Below the pieces are notes generated by a model. It was not told the origin of the DNA and did not search any database. It worked only from the letters and a program-made list of their open reading frames with translations. From positions 960,001 through 1,024,000 of the forward strand of contig CAXXTH010000010.1 in NCBI GenBank assembly GCA_963668025.2: a stretch of 64,000 nucleotides of DNA, read 5' to 3'. Of the stretch, positions 48,355-58,620 are shown piece after piece. Position numbers and translations under genes: made by a program. The stretch comes from Candidatus Hydrogenedentota bacterium (lineage in GTDB: Bacteria; Hydrogenedentota; Hydrogenedentia; Hydrogenedentales; SLHB01). The stretch's first letter is position 1, and every line of letters starts with the position of its first letter.

Positions 48355-50045
48355 CCTAAAAAAGGCAGTAGGAACTTGCTTTGGGATTTTTCCAGCCCAA
48401 TTTTGTAAAGAAATAACTGTCCTGGCCCGCTCTTTACGTTGGCGCCGACAGCAGGTTGGGGGTGGCCAGCGGCCTTCCCTCGAGTATTTTGGCGAAGATC
48501 CGGCTGAGGATCGTCCGCCATCGTTCGTTCCAGTTCAACTGCCGCGCAGTTGCTTTCACCTCCAATAAAAAGGCGTTTACGGATTTCAGAACTTGTTCCA
48601 TAGCATGTCCTTGCGCATGCACGGGGGTGATGGTGAGCGTGGTTTGGCCTCCGTGGCGGGTCTGCTGTCCCACACCATACAGCAGCAGAGGGCGGCTTGT
48701 GATCGCTTCGGCGTGGCGCTCCGGAATCGCCAAGCGCACGTACAAAGACCACCAATTGTAAATCAGGGCTATGATTCGCGCCATGATTTGGCAGCGCTTC
48801 ATATCGTGGGTGGTATACCCGCCCCACCCCCACTGGTTTTTCTGTTCATCGTAGATGTTTTCCGCATCGCCCCGGTCGCGATAATGCTGGGCCAAGGCCG
48901 ATAGGGGGTCTGTCAGCGAAGTGGCCAGCAGCGCGTATTCATACTGCTGCACGGCTCCCGCTTGGATCTCAATGAGCTGTAGTTGGGGGGAGGGGTCAGG
49001 CAATAGCGGCTCCGTTTCCAGAACGATACTCCCTTTGAGCTTGCGCCGCAGAACGATTATCCGGCGTTTGCTCGTCCATCCCATAAGCTCCAGACGGTCT
49101 TCCAAACCTTCCCAGCCTTGGCCTGCTGGCGTCCAGTCCTTAGAACAAAAGGCCTGCTGGATAAGCCGTTTCACGTTGCTGGTCTGCCGCAATTTGAACA
49201 GATAGGGCACTCCGCGCGCTTCGGCTTCGCTCATGTCGCGTTCGTTGCCGAAGGCGCAGTCGCCGCGAATCATGCCAGGCCAGGCCGCGCGCGGCAAGCC
49301 ATCGAGAAAATGCCACAATCCAGGCATGGTGTATTTCGCCGCCGTCTCGTTGCCCGGCCGGACTTCCACGTCCAGCACCAAGCGCGTGTTCGCCATAAAA
49401 TAGGTATGCAGCACATGAGAAGGACGGCCCTGTTTCGCCGGATTGTAGCCCAGCACGGCCCCTTCTTGATGGCCGAACAGGGGCTTCACGCTTGTATCCA
49501 CGTCCAAAATCCAAGGCTCATAAAGCAACGGCTCATAACAGCGGCGCAGGTGCTTCTGTAGCCAGCCCGCGCAGGCTTCCCCGTCCGCCAGTATAAATGC
49601 CCGCCGCGCCGAGGAGGCGCTCATGATCTTGCTCATACCCAGCAAGCCCGGGTTCACCGCGTCGTAACGGACCGCGTCAATGTGCGCATAGCGGGTGTGG
49701 CCCGCCAGCACTGATAAAAATAGCGTGCCCAGCACATCCCTCTTGCGCGGCGCATTATTGCTGGCGTACGCCAGCGGACAGTCCTCCACCCACGCTTCAA
49801 AAAGCTCCGCCGTCTTGAGGAAATCGATAAAGAACGCCAACTGGCCAAACGGCGTCGTTGCCGCCTCCCGGTCCCATTCCACATGCACCCGGCCCCCGTA
49901 GCTATCTACGAAAATCGGCGCCTCCAAAGACAACCATTCCTCCTCTCCCAATGGGGGAGCATCTTGCTGTTGCGATTCTGTTTCCATGTTCTTTATCTTG
50001 AACTACTTCCTGCTCGACACTCAAGATTCAACTGGCGTTTTTAGG
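48355..50045 (-). mobile_element. IS1380-like insertion sequence, 1691 bp
   Basis: IRs CCTAAAAAAGGCAGT / CCTAAAAACGCCAGT (13 of 15 match); 5-bp TSD ATGAA (48350-48354 and 50046-50050). Confidence 0.85.
48434..49987 (-). CDS. IS1380-like DDE transposase
   Basis: ILDVDTS...GHQEGA..GYNP, RPGN, IRGDCAF, YRDRGDAENIYDEQKN. Confidence 0.88.
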   Translation of the reverse strand: METESQQQDAPPLGEEEWLSLEAPIFVDSYGGRVHVEWDREAATTPFGQLAFFIDFLKTAELFEAWVEDCPLAYASNNAPRKRDVLGTLFLSVLAGHTRYAHIDAVRYDAVNPGLLGMSKIMSASSARRAFILADGEACAGWLQKHLRRCYEPLLYEPWILDVDTSVKPLFGHQEGAVLGYNPAKQGRPSHVLHTYFMANTRLVLDVEVRPGNETAAKYTMPGLWHFLDGLPRAAWPGMIRGDCAFGNERDMSEAEARGVPYLFKLRQTSNVKRLIQQAFCSKDWTPAGQGWEGLEDRLELMGWTSKRRIIVLRRKLKGSIVLETEPLLPDPSPQLQLIEIQAGAVQQYEYALLATSLTDPLSALAQHYRDRGDAENIYDEQKNQWGWGGYTTHDMKRCQIMARIIALIYNWWSLYVRLAIPERHAEAITSRPLLLYGVGQQTRHGGQTTLTITPVHAQGHAMEQVLKSVNAFLLEVKATARQLNWNERWRTILSRIFAKILEGRPLATPNLLSAPT

Positions 50046-50548
50046 ATGAAAGCGTATGGCTGCGATTTACTCCAGTCCGGGTCAAACTCCATATATAACT
50101 GCGGAAGTTGGGCTAAACAGCCTCCGGACGGCGCTGCCCTGTCTATTTCCTTATGCACCTGAGAAGTGAGGGGTGATAGCCCTGAAAAAACAGTTGTGTT
50201 TCAGATCTACTCTCAGTATACTGAGTATACTTTAGTGGGTATGCCTTCAATTGACTTTATTTAAGTTAATGCGCGGCAAGATCTTAAGTTAAATTTCCTT
50301 AGTGTCCTTTGGCGCTTGGATATCATGGGCGATTCGGCAGACCGTAGGGATTTTGAGGAATAGTCCAGCGCAGCATGCGCAGCGTGATTCATTTCAACTG
50401 CATTTAGCGGTGCGCCCGAGGGGCCATCACAAAGCCAGCGCCCGCGATTATCTTATTGCCGATTTCGCCAACTTCATTTTGGTGAAGCCGTAATTTCAAT
50501 TCTGTCTAGCGTTGGAGTGGAAAGTCATCATAATGGGAGGAGAGACTA

Positions 50549-53536
50549 ATGCGGGTTTGGCATCTTCGACAAAGCTTTGTGGTCCTGGGACTATGGCTTG
50601 CGTCAGGGCTCATCGGCCAATCTTCATGGGCCGACGCAGCGCCTTTGCTTCAGACAAACGATAAAGTTGAGCTGATTAACCAGGAACTCCGTTTACCGGT
50701 TTCTCTGCTGTGTCCGCGTTTTGTTTTTAGTACAGGCCAGGCCGGCGGTGCGCAAGCGCCTACCCGGGTTGATGGAAGCCTTGAAGCAGGCAAAGAGCTG
50801 TTGGCGGAATATGAACCGCTGTCCATAGGCGATTCCATGACGTTGGAAGTTAAAGTGCATGTAGCCTGGAGTGATGAAGAAAATGTATTGCGCAAATGGG
50901 CCGAGTATAGAGTCCAGTCCGCGCCCGACGGTTGCGTTTTAAAAGAGATTCAGTTTGACCAGTTGGCGCCCGTGGCCGGGCAGGCAATCGATTTTGTGCC
51001 ATCGCCTCCCCAGAGTTTTCCCGGTTTCTTCCGGGGCTTTTTTGCAGGGGTGGAGTTCCCGATTGCCAGCACCCGCATGGAAGGGGATGGCCTATTACTA
51101 GCGCAGCATCCAGGACGCTTATTCAAAGGGGACTCGGATTGGCTGGCCAGCCGGAAAGTCCTGTATGGCCCGGCTCCTGTGGGCCGCGAGCGTGAGGTCT
51201 TTGCGGATTTGGTAGCGCAACACCGTCCCCAGCCCCACGGCCTGCATTTTAATTACAATAGCTGGTATACCTTGCCGTGGCCGTGTTCAGAAAAAATGAC
51301 ATTGGATCTTATGCAGGTGTTTAATGACAATTTAAACAAGCCGTATGGCGTCTCATTCGATTCATTTACGATTGACATGGGCTGGTCTGATCCCAAAAGC
51401 CTGTGGCAAATCGACCAGTCGATGTTCCCGCAAGGTTTTGTCAATATCAAAAAGCAAGCCGAGAGTATGAATGCCAAGCTTGGCCTTTGGATTTCACCCA
51501 CTTCTTGTTATCCGCCAGCCCTCGATAACGAGTGGGCCAAGGCAAATGGCTACGAAACGTATCTAACCGGCCAAGATGGCAAATTCCGCGCCTGCTGCCT
51601 GGGCGGCCCCAAGTATGCCGAAGAATTTAAGAACCGCCTAGTGTCTTTGGCGGTGGAATCAGGCGTGCGGCAGTTCAAACTAGATGGATATTGGTTCTTA
51701 TGCCCGGAATCCGATCATGGACACCAGCCGGGCGAGGATTCCGCCGAAGCCACTGCCGAGGGGGCGATTCGTGCATTCGAGGCGGTTCGCGCTGCCGCGC
51801 CTGATATCTGGCTGGAGCCTACTTGCTTTGGCTCCAATCCTAGCCCATGGTGGCTCTATTACGTCAACTCGGTGATCGGGACCTTCGGGGACGATAATCC
51901 GCCGCCGCGCTCGCCTTGTCCGATTGACCGGGAAAGCATGACCACGAGCCGGGATTTCTTCAACCTGCAAGGGGCGGCGCTCTTGACCTTGCCCATTGTG
52001 GCCCAGGAAGTGCTCGGGATTAATCATCAGACCGAGCATCCCTTCTTAAACGATGCCGTGGATGTCATTTTACGCGGCCATGCGTTCATACCGCTATATG
52101 TTAATCCACGCAATATGAATCCCCGCCGCTGGGCGATGCTGGCGGACGTGATGAAATGGGCGCGCGCCAACGAGGCCACGCTCGCGCAGACCCGTCCTCT
52201 GCTGCCGGAAGCGTGGCAGACCGGAAACGTACCCCATTTTGACTCGCAAGCCGTTATGCCGCGCCAGCCCTATGGCTACCTCCATTGGGCCAATGGCCAG
52301 GGCCTGATCCATCTGCGCAATCCCTGGATCAAACAACAATCGGTGCGTATTGACCTGGGCCGACAGTTGGGTATTCCCGACGAGCAGAACCCTTTGGATG
52401 CCGTCAGCATCTATCCCGATGTGAGGCTATATGGCCAGAATCTTACCGCCAGCAGCATCCTGGAGGTGTCCCTTGCTCCCTATGAAACCGTGGTAATCTC
52501 GTTGCAGAAAGGGCTTGCCAAGCATAAAGGGCTTAAACCGTCCTGTGATGTCATTGGCCGGGAGCTTCAGGTTCGCGGCATGCAAGCAAAACTGGAACGG
52601 CTGCAATTCAAACCCAGCGATGTTCCTCCTGTTGGGCCCAGTTGGACAGCGCCGTTGGGCGGCAAAGAAGCCATTCAATTGACGGCTAAGGGCGATGTAA
52701 CAGCCAGTGATGTTCAAAGCGAGATACTGGTCATTCTCGAAGGTAAAGCCAATTCCCCTTCGGTTTCCCGCGCAGCCATGAAGATTAATGGAGTCGAAAC
52801 GCCTCTGCAAGTGTCCCATTCGGAATCCATTTGGGTTGCTTCGTATGCGCCGCCGCCCGAGCCTTGGACCTTGTTGCGAGCGCCATTGAAACCCGGAAAA
52901 AACACGATCGATTTGAGCGTCTTGTGCGACAGCGAAACCACGACGGTTTCCTGCTGGGCCTGGGCTTGGAATAACACGGCCCAAGAACCGGTGCGTTTCC
53001 CCAATGCGTTGCCTAAGCCCGAGCAGCTCTTCCTGGATTCCAAGGCGCTGCTGGATAGCCAAAACGTTTGCACGGCCGCGCTTGTCGCGGACCAGGAATG
53101 CCCTGTCGAACGAATCGACGGCGTGTATCTGGACTCGCTGGAGCCCGCCACCCAAACCCAGGACGTTAAGACGCTACAAAAGAACACGAATGTTATGGGT
53201 AAAACGATCATGATTTTCGATCAACAATGTATCCGTGGCATTGGCACGCATGCGAACGCCCGGCTGGTGTACGATATCGGAGGCAAGGGCTTCAAACGCT
53301 TTCAAAGCTGGGTGGGCGGCGATGCGGGCAATCAAGCGGCTACCGTGTCGTTTACTGTAATCGTGGATGGCCAGAAACGCTGGGAATCGGGGTACTTAAG
53401 CTCGCAACAGCCGGGCCGCCAAATCGACCTGGATATCACCGGCGCATCCACGCTGGAATTGCTGGTGGGCGACGGCGGCAACGGGAATGATGCCGATTGG
53501 GCCGATTTTGGCGATGCAAAGCTGCTATATCATTGA
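50549..53536 (+). CDS. Secreted GH36/GH27-like (alpha-galactosidase-like) protein with C-terminal NPCBM
   Basis: Signal peptide; YNSWY, FTIDMGW, FPQGF, GLWISP, FKLDG; C-terminal VYLDSL...RGIGTHAN...DWADFGDAKL. Confidence 0.78.
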   Translation: MRVWHLRQSFVVLGLWLASGLIGQSSWADAAPLLQTNDKVELINQELRLPVSLLCPRFVFSTGQAGGAQAPTRVDGSLEAGKELLAEYEPLSIGDSMTLEVKVHVAWSDEENVLRKWAEYRVQSAPDGCVLKEIQFDQLAPVAGQAIDFVPSPPQSFPGFFRGFFAGVEFPIASTRMEGDGLLLAQHPGRLFKGDSDWLASRKVLYGPAPVGREREVFADLVAQHRPQPHGLHFNYNSWYTLPWPCSEKMTLDLMQVFNDNLNKPYGVSFDSFTIDMGWSDPKSLWQIDQSMFPQGFVNIKKQAESMNAKLGLWISPTSCYPPALDNEWAKANGYETYLTGQDGKFRACCLGGPKYAEEFKNRLVSLAVESGVRQFKLDGYWFLCPESDHGHQPGEDSAEATAEGAIRAFEAVRAAAPDIWLEPTCFGSNPSPWWLYYVNSVIGTFGDDNPPPRSPCPIDRESMTTSRDFFNLQGAALLTLPIVAQEVLGINHQTEHPFLNDAVDVILRGHAFIPLYVNPRNMNPRRWAMLADVMKWARANEATLAQTRPLLPEAWQTGNVPHFDSQAVMPRQPYGYLHWANGQGLIHLRNPWIKQQSVRIDLGRQLGIPDEQNPLDAVSIYPDVRLYGQNLTASSILEVSLAPYETVVISLQKGLAKHKGLKPSCDVIGRELQVRGMQAKLERLQFKPSDVPPVGPSWTAPLGGKEAIQLTAKGDVTASDVQSEILVILEGKANSPSVSRAAMKINGVETPLQVSHSESIWVASYAPPPEPWTLLRAPLKPGKNTIDLSVLCDSETTTVSCWAWAWNNTAQEPVRFPNALPKPEQLFLDSKALLDSQNVCTAALVADQECPVERIDGVYLDSLEPATQTQDVKTLQKNTNVMGKTIMIFDQQCIRGIGTHANARLVYDIGGKGFKRFQSWVGGDAGNQAATVSFTVIVDGQKRWESGYLSSQQPGRQIDLDITGASTLELLVGDGGNGNDADWADFGDAKLLYH

Positions 53537-54059
53537 GGCCGAAGTTGATAGGCAAGGACCCATACTTCGTGCATCTGTGTGAGTAGAGGCAAGGCCGTAA
53601 ACTTACAAAAGCTTGTTCATATCAACCTATGATGAGCCTTTTGAAGGTTTACGGCCGCAGTCTATTCCACCCTGGTTTCTGTCGTGAGAGGAGGATACTT
53701 ACAAGATAAAAAAAAAGGATATTTCGTACGTGAAATGAATTTTGGACGTACCTTATAACTATGTAAGACTTTAGCCGGCTGAAGTAGCATCTTGTATTTG
53801 GCAGCCTTGTTTATTCCTTTTCGCTGGCCTTGATACATCATTTTGTATCTTGCGACCGGCGCCTTCGCTGGTCATTCTTCACCACTTGGCCAAAGTGATA
53901 CATAATTTATTTTGTACATATTACATCCAAAGGAAGCCATGGATTTTACCGCTATTGCTGCACAGCCATAGGCCTGCCCCCTCCAAGTAGACTATAATTC
54001 CCATCATTGCATACGAAATCCAATCGTTCAAAAGAAAATAGGCAACGGTCTTTTTTTTA

Positions 54060-54088
54060 TTGACAAAATATACTATTGTCTATATTCT
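54060..54088 (+). promoter_or_regulatory. Promoter with candidate BlaI-type operator
   Basis: TTGACA-17 bp-TATTCT; imperfect palindrome ATATAC-TATT-GTCTAT (54068-54083) in the spacer. Confidence 0.65.
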
Positions 54089-54132
54089 AAATCCGCATAC
54101 AGCTCGAATGCCACAAAGAAGGAGAAAAGATT

Positions 54133-54561
54133 ATGCCGAAACAGAATAATGAAAAGAGCATACCCCCTAAAATCGCGGGAGACAACCTTCCTAGCGCTGA
54201 GCTTGAGATCCTGGCGTGCCTGTGGCAGAAGGGAAAAGCGACGGCGCGTGAGCTGCAAGAGACGATGGCTTCCTATCGTCCCATGGCCCATGGCTCCATG
54301 GTGACGCTTCTTAAACGCCTGGAAAGCAAGGGATATGTTTCCAAGCAGAAAGCCCAAACAGGGAAAGCATTTGTCTATGAGCCCACCAACGGTCCGAAGC
54401 AAACATACCGGCGGATCATGAAATACCTGCATGATCGCATTTTCGGCGGTAGTGGCGTTGCGCTGGTGACGTCTCTATTCGAGTCTAGGCCGCCAAACCA
54501 GGAAGAACTTGATACCTTACAGAAACTTCTGGACCAGTTGCGTGAAAAGCGCCATCAATAG
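54133..54561 (+). CDS. BlaI/MecI/CopY-family transcriptional repressor
   Basis: AELEILACLWQKGKATAREL, TLLKRLESKGYV, FVYEP, FGGS..ALV..L. Confidence 0.93.
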   Translation: MPKQNNEKSIPPKIAGDNLPSAELEILACLWQKGKATARELQETMASYRPMAHGSMVTLLKRLESKGYVSKQKAQTGKAFVYEPTNGPKQTYRRIMKYLHDRIFGGSGVALVTSLFESRPPNQEELDTLQKLLDQLREKRHQ

Positions 54562-54572
54562 GAGGAAGGGTC

Positions 54573-57500
54573 ATGAGTCATGTGATTGACTGCCTGATGC
54601 TATTGGAAAAACACTGGTGGCCGTATATCGTGCATGCAACATGGCAGTCTACGCTTCTTGGGATTGTCATCTTGGCCCTTGTGGCGGCGCTACGGCGGCG
54701 ATCGGCGGCGCTGAGATATGGACTGCTCGCCGTGGCGTTGTTGAAATTCGCCATTCCCCCCATGCTGGCCTTTCCCACGGGCCTATTCAGTTGGACTCCG
54801 GTGAATATGGCGGAACCGGCGATTGGGATAGCCCATACAAGCATGATAGAGGCCAGAGATACGGCTTTCACACCATCCACAAACGTGCTATCGAGCGCTC
54901 CAAACACCTCAAATCCTGTTCAAGCATTCTCACTGCTACCATTTGCTTTAACGCCGCCAAATAACATTATTGCGGAGGAAGTGGCCAAACCATCTTCCAT
55001 ATTCTCCACTTTTATGGCCTGGCAAAACATCCTGTTTATGGTCCATGCGATTGGAGGGTTTTCCGTAGCCCTGTGGATACTCTATTCATGGTTCGAGATA
55101 CGAAAGCTGCTCCGCAGGTGCCGCAAGCCAGAAGACCTTGCTCTTCAGAACGGCTTCTCACGCCTTTCCCAACAGATGGGCCTTCGCCGGAAGGTGCAGT
55201 TGCTCATCGCACCGGGTGAAGTGCCGCCCATGGGATTTGGCGTATTTAGTCCCACCGTGCTGTTATCCGACTCGCTTTTGAAGAGCCTGTCGCCGGATGA
55301 ACTCGCGATAGTGCTGGCGCATGAGCTGGCGCATCACCGCCGTAAAGATACCTGGTTTATTTTATTGGAGGATTTGCTAGTACTGGCGTGGTGGTTCAAT
55401 CCGGTGTTATGGCTGCTCGTTCGTGAATTGCGCAAAACCCGCGAAGATTGTTGTGACGACCTCGTGCTGGCAATGGACATCGCCGACAATGAACAATACT
55501 GCAATAGCTTGATGAGCGCAGCGGAAAGTGTCTCTCCCCCGAAACCGGCTCATATCGCGCTGGGCTTTGCGGATCATCTTCATCCGTTAGGCCGGCGGTT
55601 CAAACGCATCATGGATACGACCCTGCGCCGTTCTACAAAAGTTTCCGTTGTTGGTGTCCTTTTTCTGCTCGCATTAGGGCTGGCGGTGCTGCCAGGCCTT
55701 CGGGCTATCGGCTCGGAGGAGAACCAAGCAGGCGGGCAAGCTACTTCACCGGGTACGAATGCATCTGCCCAATCTCCGGCGGCCCCGCCTGCCGCTCCGG
55801 CTCCCGCCGCTAAAGGCATCGATCCTGCCCAGTTTCCTGGCGAGGTGATATTCGAGGGACGATATAAACACCGCAGTCGTGGCGGGGAAATACCCGAGCC
55901 GAGTGAACTCATCATCAAACAATCCAGCGATGGCGGCATTACGGCATTAACCTATCTGCCGTTCATGAATGCGAAAGATGCCGCTACCGGAGATGTATCC
56001 AACCACTTGATACGGTATGCATCCGGGCCTGGCGGCCAGCCGGTTTATCCCACGAAACTTGAGTTCCAAAATGGGAAAGCGATTCTGAACCGCCATGGCG
56101 GCGCGCGCGAAGACGCGGATAACAAGGAGCTCTCCACACCAGCCGGTGCGGAGTTTGATCCGAATACACGCCCGGATTCCTATTGCGCCGCGAATGTGTT
56201 GTTGAGGCGCTTCGATATGAAAGCAGGCCAGCCTCAAGAGTTTGAAATGTTTGATTGGGACAATACCGGCGAAGGGCTCGCGGGTTATCGAATCAAGCTC
56301 GAATACGTAGGCAAAGAGGAAGTCAATGTCGCGGCAGGCGTATTTGAAGCAAACCATATCCTTCTTACCCAGATGACCAGCGCGGATACCTGGTTTAAAA
56401 AGCGGGCCGGAAATCTGACGGACTTCTGGCTCCTTGATAATGGGATCATCGTGAAGATCGTGCGACACCGTGAGCCGTATGAAGTCGAGTTATATGATTA
56501 TAAGACGCCTGGAGAATTGCCAGGCTTTTTGCGGAAGGCCGAAGCGCCCCTTACGATAGTCTCCGCCGTCTATGGCGCTGGCGATACATGGGTCGATGTG
56601 ACCCAGCAACTGGCCCAGCAGATTCGCCAAAACACGCTGAACGTCAAAGCGTCCAACGAGCTTGTGGGTGGGAATCCAGTGGATCAGACGCCCAAAACAC
56701 TGAATGTGCATTACCGGATAGGAGATACGCTGCACTCCGTCACGGTAAAAGAAAATGAAGTGCTACAAATTCCTGCACCATCCGTGGAACAGGAGGGAGC
56801 GCCATCTCCGCCATCCAGCCCGGAAGGAACCACTGAATCCCAAAAGGCATCCACGACCGTCACAGGCAGAATTACTGATACGGATGGCCATCCTATTTCA
56901 GGAGCACAATTAACCATCCAGAACTCAGGTAGTGGCCCGGCGCACAACGCAGAAACTCGTTCCGGCTCAGACGGCCATTTTGTACTGAATGCGTTGCCGA
57001 GCAACAGCAGATTACTCGTTTCCGCGGATGGGTATGCGCCGGTGACCCGAACTCAAGATGTGTCGGAGGGAGCGAATATCGGATGGGATTTCATACTGCC
57101 CAAGAGCGCCCATGTATCCGGTAGAGTTGTGGACACTAACAATAAACCCCAAACGGAACGCGTGATCGAGTTGTGGGCAGAGGGCGGTGGTGCACCCCTC
57201 ATGCCCGGAACAGCATATTACGCCTCTGGAGGGTCTGGGGAGGTCACGAATAGCGAAGGCATTTTTGATATGCCTAATATTGCACCTGGCAAACATCGCG
57301 TCATCATATATCGTTCTGTCCCGAGCGCTGATCGCAACATGGAACAGATACCAATAAACCAGCAATTCCTTGATGTCCACCCAGGCGAGCGCATAGAGAA
57401 CCTAGTATTCGTGATGAATCCGCCAGAAGATTATGTTCTGGCGGGCCATGTCACAGATGCGGCGGGAAATCCCCTTCCGGGGATCGTAGTCGAGACATTT

Positions 57501-58514
57501 ATTCCACATGGCCGTCATTGGTGGATTCGTACGGATAAAGACGGGGCTTATTATCTGGATGGCCTCGATGGCATGGGACGGCCGTCTTTTCAGTTATATT
57601 TCAACGGCATTAACGGGACGCAGTATAATCTTGCTATACCTGATATCCCGTTGAATACCAAAGACACGGTCTTCATCGTACCTGGGAACGGCGGCATCCA
57701 GGGAATCGTGCGCAACGCGAAATCGGGTGATCCCTTGGCCACTTACGAAATCACGGTGCAGGAAGTGTGTTTACCCGACAGCGGTGCGATTTGGACGGCT
57801 CCCCCGGTGAAAATCGAGCGTGATCCAGACGCGGGATTCACCGTATCGGATGTGCCGGCAGGTATTGCGACAGTCGAAGTGTGTGCGGAAGGACTCGGCG
57901 TTCAACGGTTTTCCGTGCCAGTCGAGGCAGGTAAAACGGCGCGGCTGGACTGCGGGATGATGGGGCCAGCGGTTATATCAGGCCGCACCACGATGAATGG
58001 CGGGCCTATGCAAACTTCAATTGTCATCAATGGCAAATGGCTTATTTCCGATAAAGAGGGGTATTACAGTTTTGATCAGTTCCCAAACGGGAAAACGCTG
58101 GTATGGTTCTTTATCGCTGATGGCTGGTACCGTAGCGCGGAGGTTGAACTTAAATCCGGCGAGACGGCCCGCCTGGATATGGATATGGGAGGCTCTTGTG
58201 AAATCCGTGGTACGGTTACATTTCCCGAGGACACAGAGGAACGGTGCGCCATCCGGCTTGCCGCCAAACCCGCGCCAGATGGGTGGTCTGAAGGCCGTCC
58301 AAACGTGGATGAATATGTGTTGGCCTATGACCTGATCTATGAATCCGGTCAACCCTACCATTTCCCAAACATACCGCCAGGACGATGGTATTTAATGGCG
58401 GGCAAATACCGCCCTTCCATGAGCCGCTGCTTGCTGGGGGATTCAAAGGAAATTGAACTGAAAGAGGGAGAATCACTCACGGTGGATTTCAATTTAGGAG
58501 ATTTGGATAAATAG
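54573..58514 (+). CDS. M56 (BlaR1-type) membrane metallopeptidase with large extracytoplasmic multidomain C-terminus
   Basis: TM helices, HELAH, WWFNP..W, REDCCD; then a DUF3108-like segment (VAAGVFE), a lectin/DUF3395-like segment (IVSAVYG...DVT...PKTL.V.Y) and carboxypeptidase-regulatory-like repeats (GRITDTDGHPI). Confidence 0.88.
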   Translation: MSHVIDCLMLLEKHWWPYIVHATWQSTLLGIVILALVAALRRRSAALRYGLLAVALLKFAIPPMLAFPTGLFSWTPVNMAEPAIGIAHTSMIEARDTAFTPSTNVLSSAPNTSNPVQAFSLLPFALTPPNNIIAEEVAKPSSIFSTFMAWQNILFMVHAIGGFSVALWILYSWFEIRKLLRRCRKPEDLALQNGFSRLSQQMGLRRKVQLLIAPGEVPPMGFGVFSPTVLLSDSLLKSLSPDELAIVLAHELAHHRRKDTWFILLEDLLVLAWWFNPVLWLLVRELRKTREDCCDDLVLAMDIADNEQYCNSLMSAAESVSPPKPAHIALGFADHLHPLGRRFKRIMDTTLRRSTKVSVVGVLFLLALGLAVLPGLRAIGSEENQAGGQATSPGTNASAQSPAAPPAAPAPAAKGIDPAQFPGEVIFEGRYKHRSRGGEIPEPSELIIKQSSDGGITALTYLPFMNAKDAATGDVSNHLIRYASGPGGQPVYPTKLEFQNGKAILNRHGGAREDADNKELSTPAGAEFDPNTRPDSYCAANVLLRRFDMKAGQPQEFEMFDWDNTGEGLAGYRIKLEYVGKEEVNVAAGVFEANHILLTQMTSADTWFKKRAGNLTDFWLLDNGIIVKIVRHREPYEVELYDYKTPGELPGFLRKAEAPLTIVSAVYGAGDTWVDVTQQLAQQIRQNTLNVKASNELVGGNPVDQTPKTLNVHYRIGDTLHSVTVKENEVLQIPAPSVEQEGAPSPPSSPEGTTESQKASTTVTGRITDTDGHPISGAQLTIQNSGSGPAHNAETRSGSDGHFVLNALPSNSRLLVSADGYAPVTRTQDVSEGANIGWDFILPKSAHVSGRVVDTNNKPQTERVIELWAEGGGAPLMPGTAYYASGGSGEVTNSEGIFDMPNIAPGKHRVIIYRSVPSADRNMEQIPINQQFLDVHPGERIENLVFVMNPPEDYVLAGHVTDAAGNPLPGIVVETFIPHGRHWWIRTDKDGAYYLDGLDGMGRPSFQLYFNGINGTQYNLAIPDIPLNTKDTVFIVPGNGGIQGIVRNAKSGDPLATYEITVQEVCLPDSGAIWTAPPVKIERDPDAGFTVSDVPAGIATVEVCAEGLGVQRFSVPVEAGKTARLDCGMMGPAVISGRTTMNGGPMQTSIVINGKWLISDKEGYYSFDQFPNGKTLVWFFIADGWYRSAEVELKSGETARLDMDMGGSCEIRGTVTFPEDTEERCAIRLAAKPAPDGWSEGRPNVDEYVLAYDLIYESGQPYHFPNIPPGRWYLMAGKYRPSMSRCLLGDSKEIELKEGESLTVDFNLGDLDK

Positions 58515-58564
58515 CAAGCCATTTATCCAAGTATCTGTTTATTCACCACCAAAACATTAAGGAA

Positions 58565-58593
58565 AAACGGGAATTTTCATCAAATTCCCGTTT
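58565..58593. terminator. Bidirectional terminator between convergent genes
   Basis: AAACGGGAATTT / AAATTCCCGTTT. Confidence 0.75.
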
Positions 58594-58620
58594 GTTATTA
58601 GTGAGCGTTTTTGGTTGCAT

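Noticed and set aside
53593-53656. Long imperfect hairpin as an ncRNA
   Set aside because: Directly follows a stop codon and is adequately explained as a terminator or stabiliser; no family features.
54133-58514. Beta-lactam resistance locus
   Set aside because: No beta-lactamase or penicillin-binding sensor domain recognisable.
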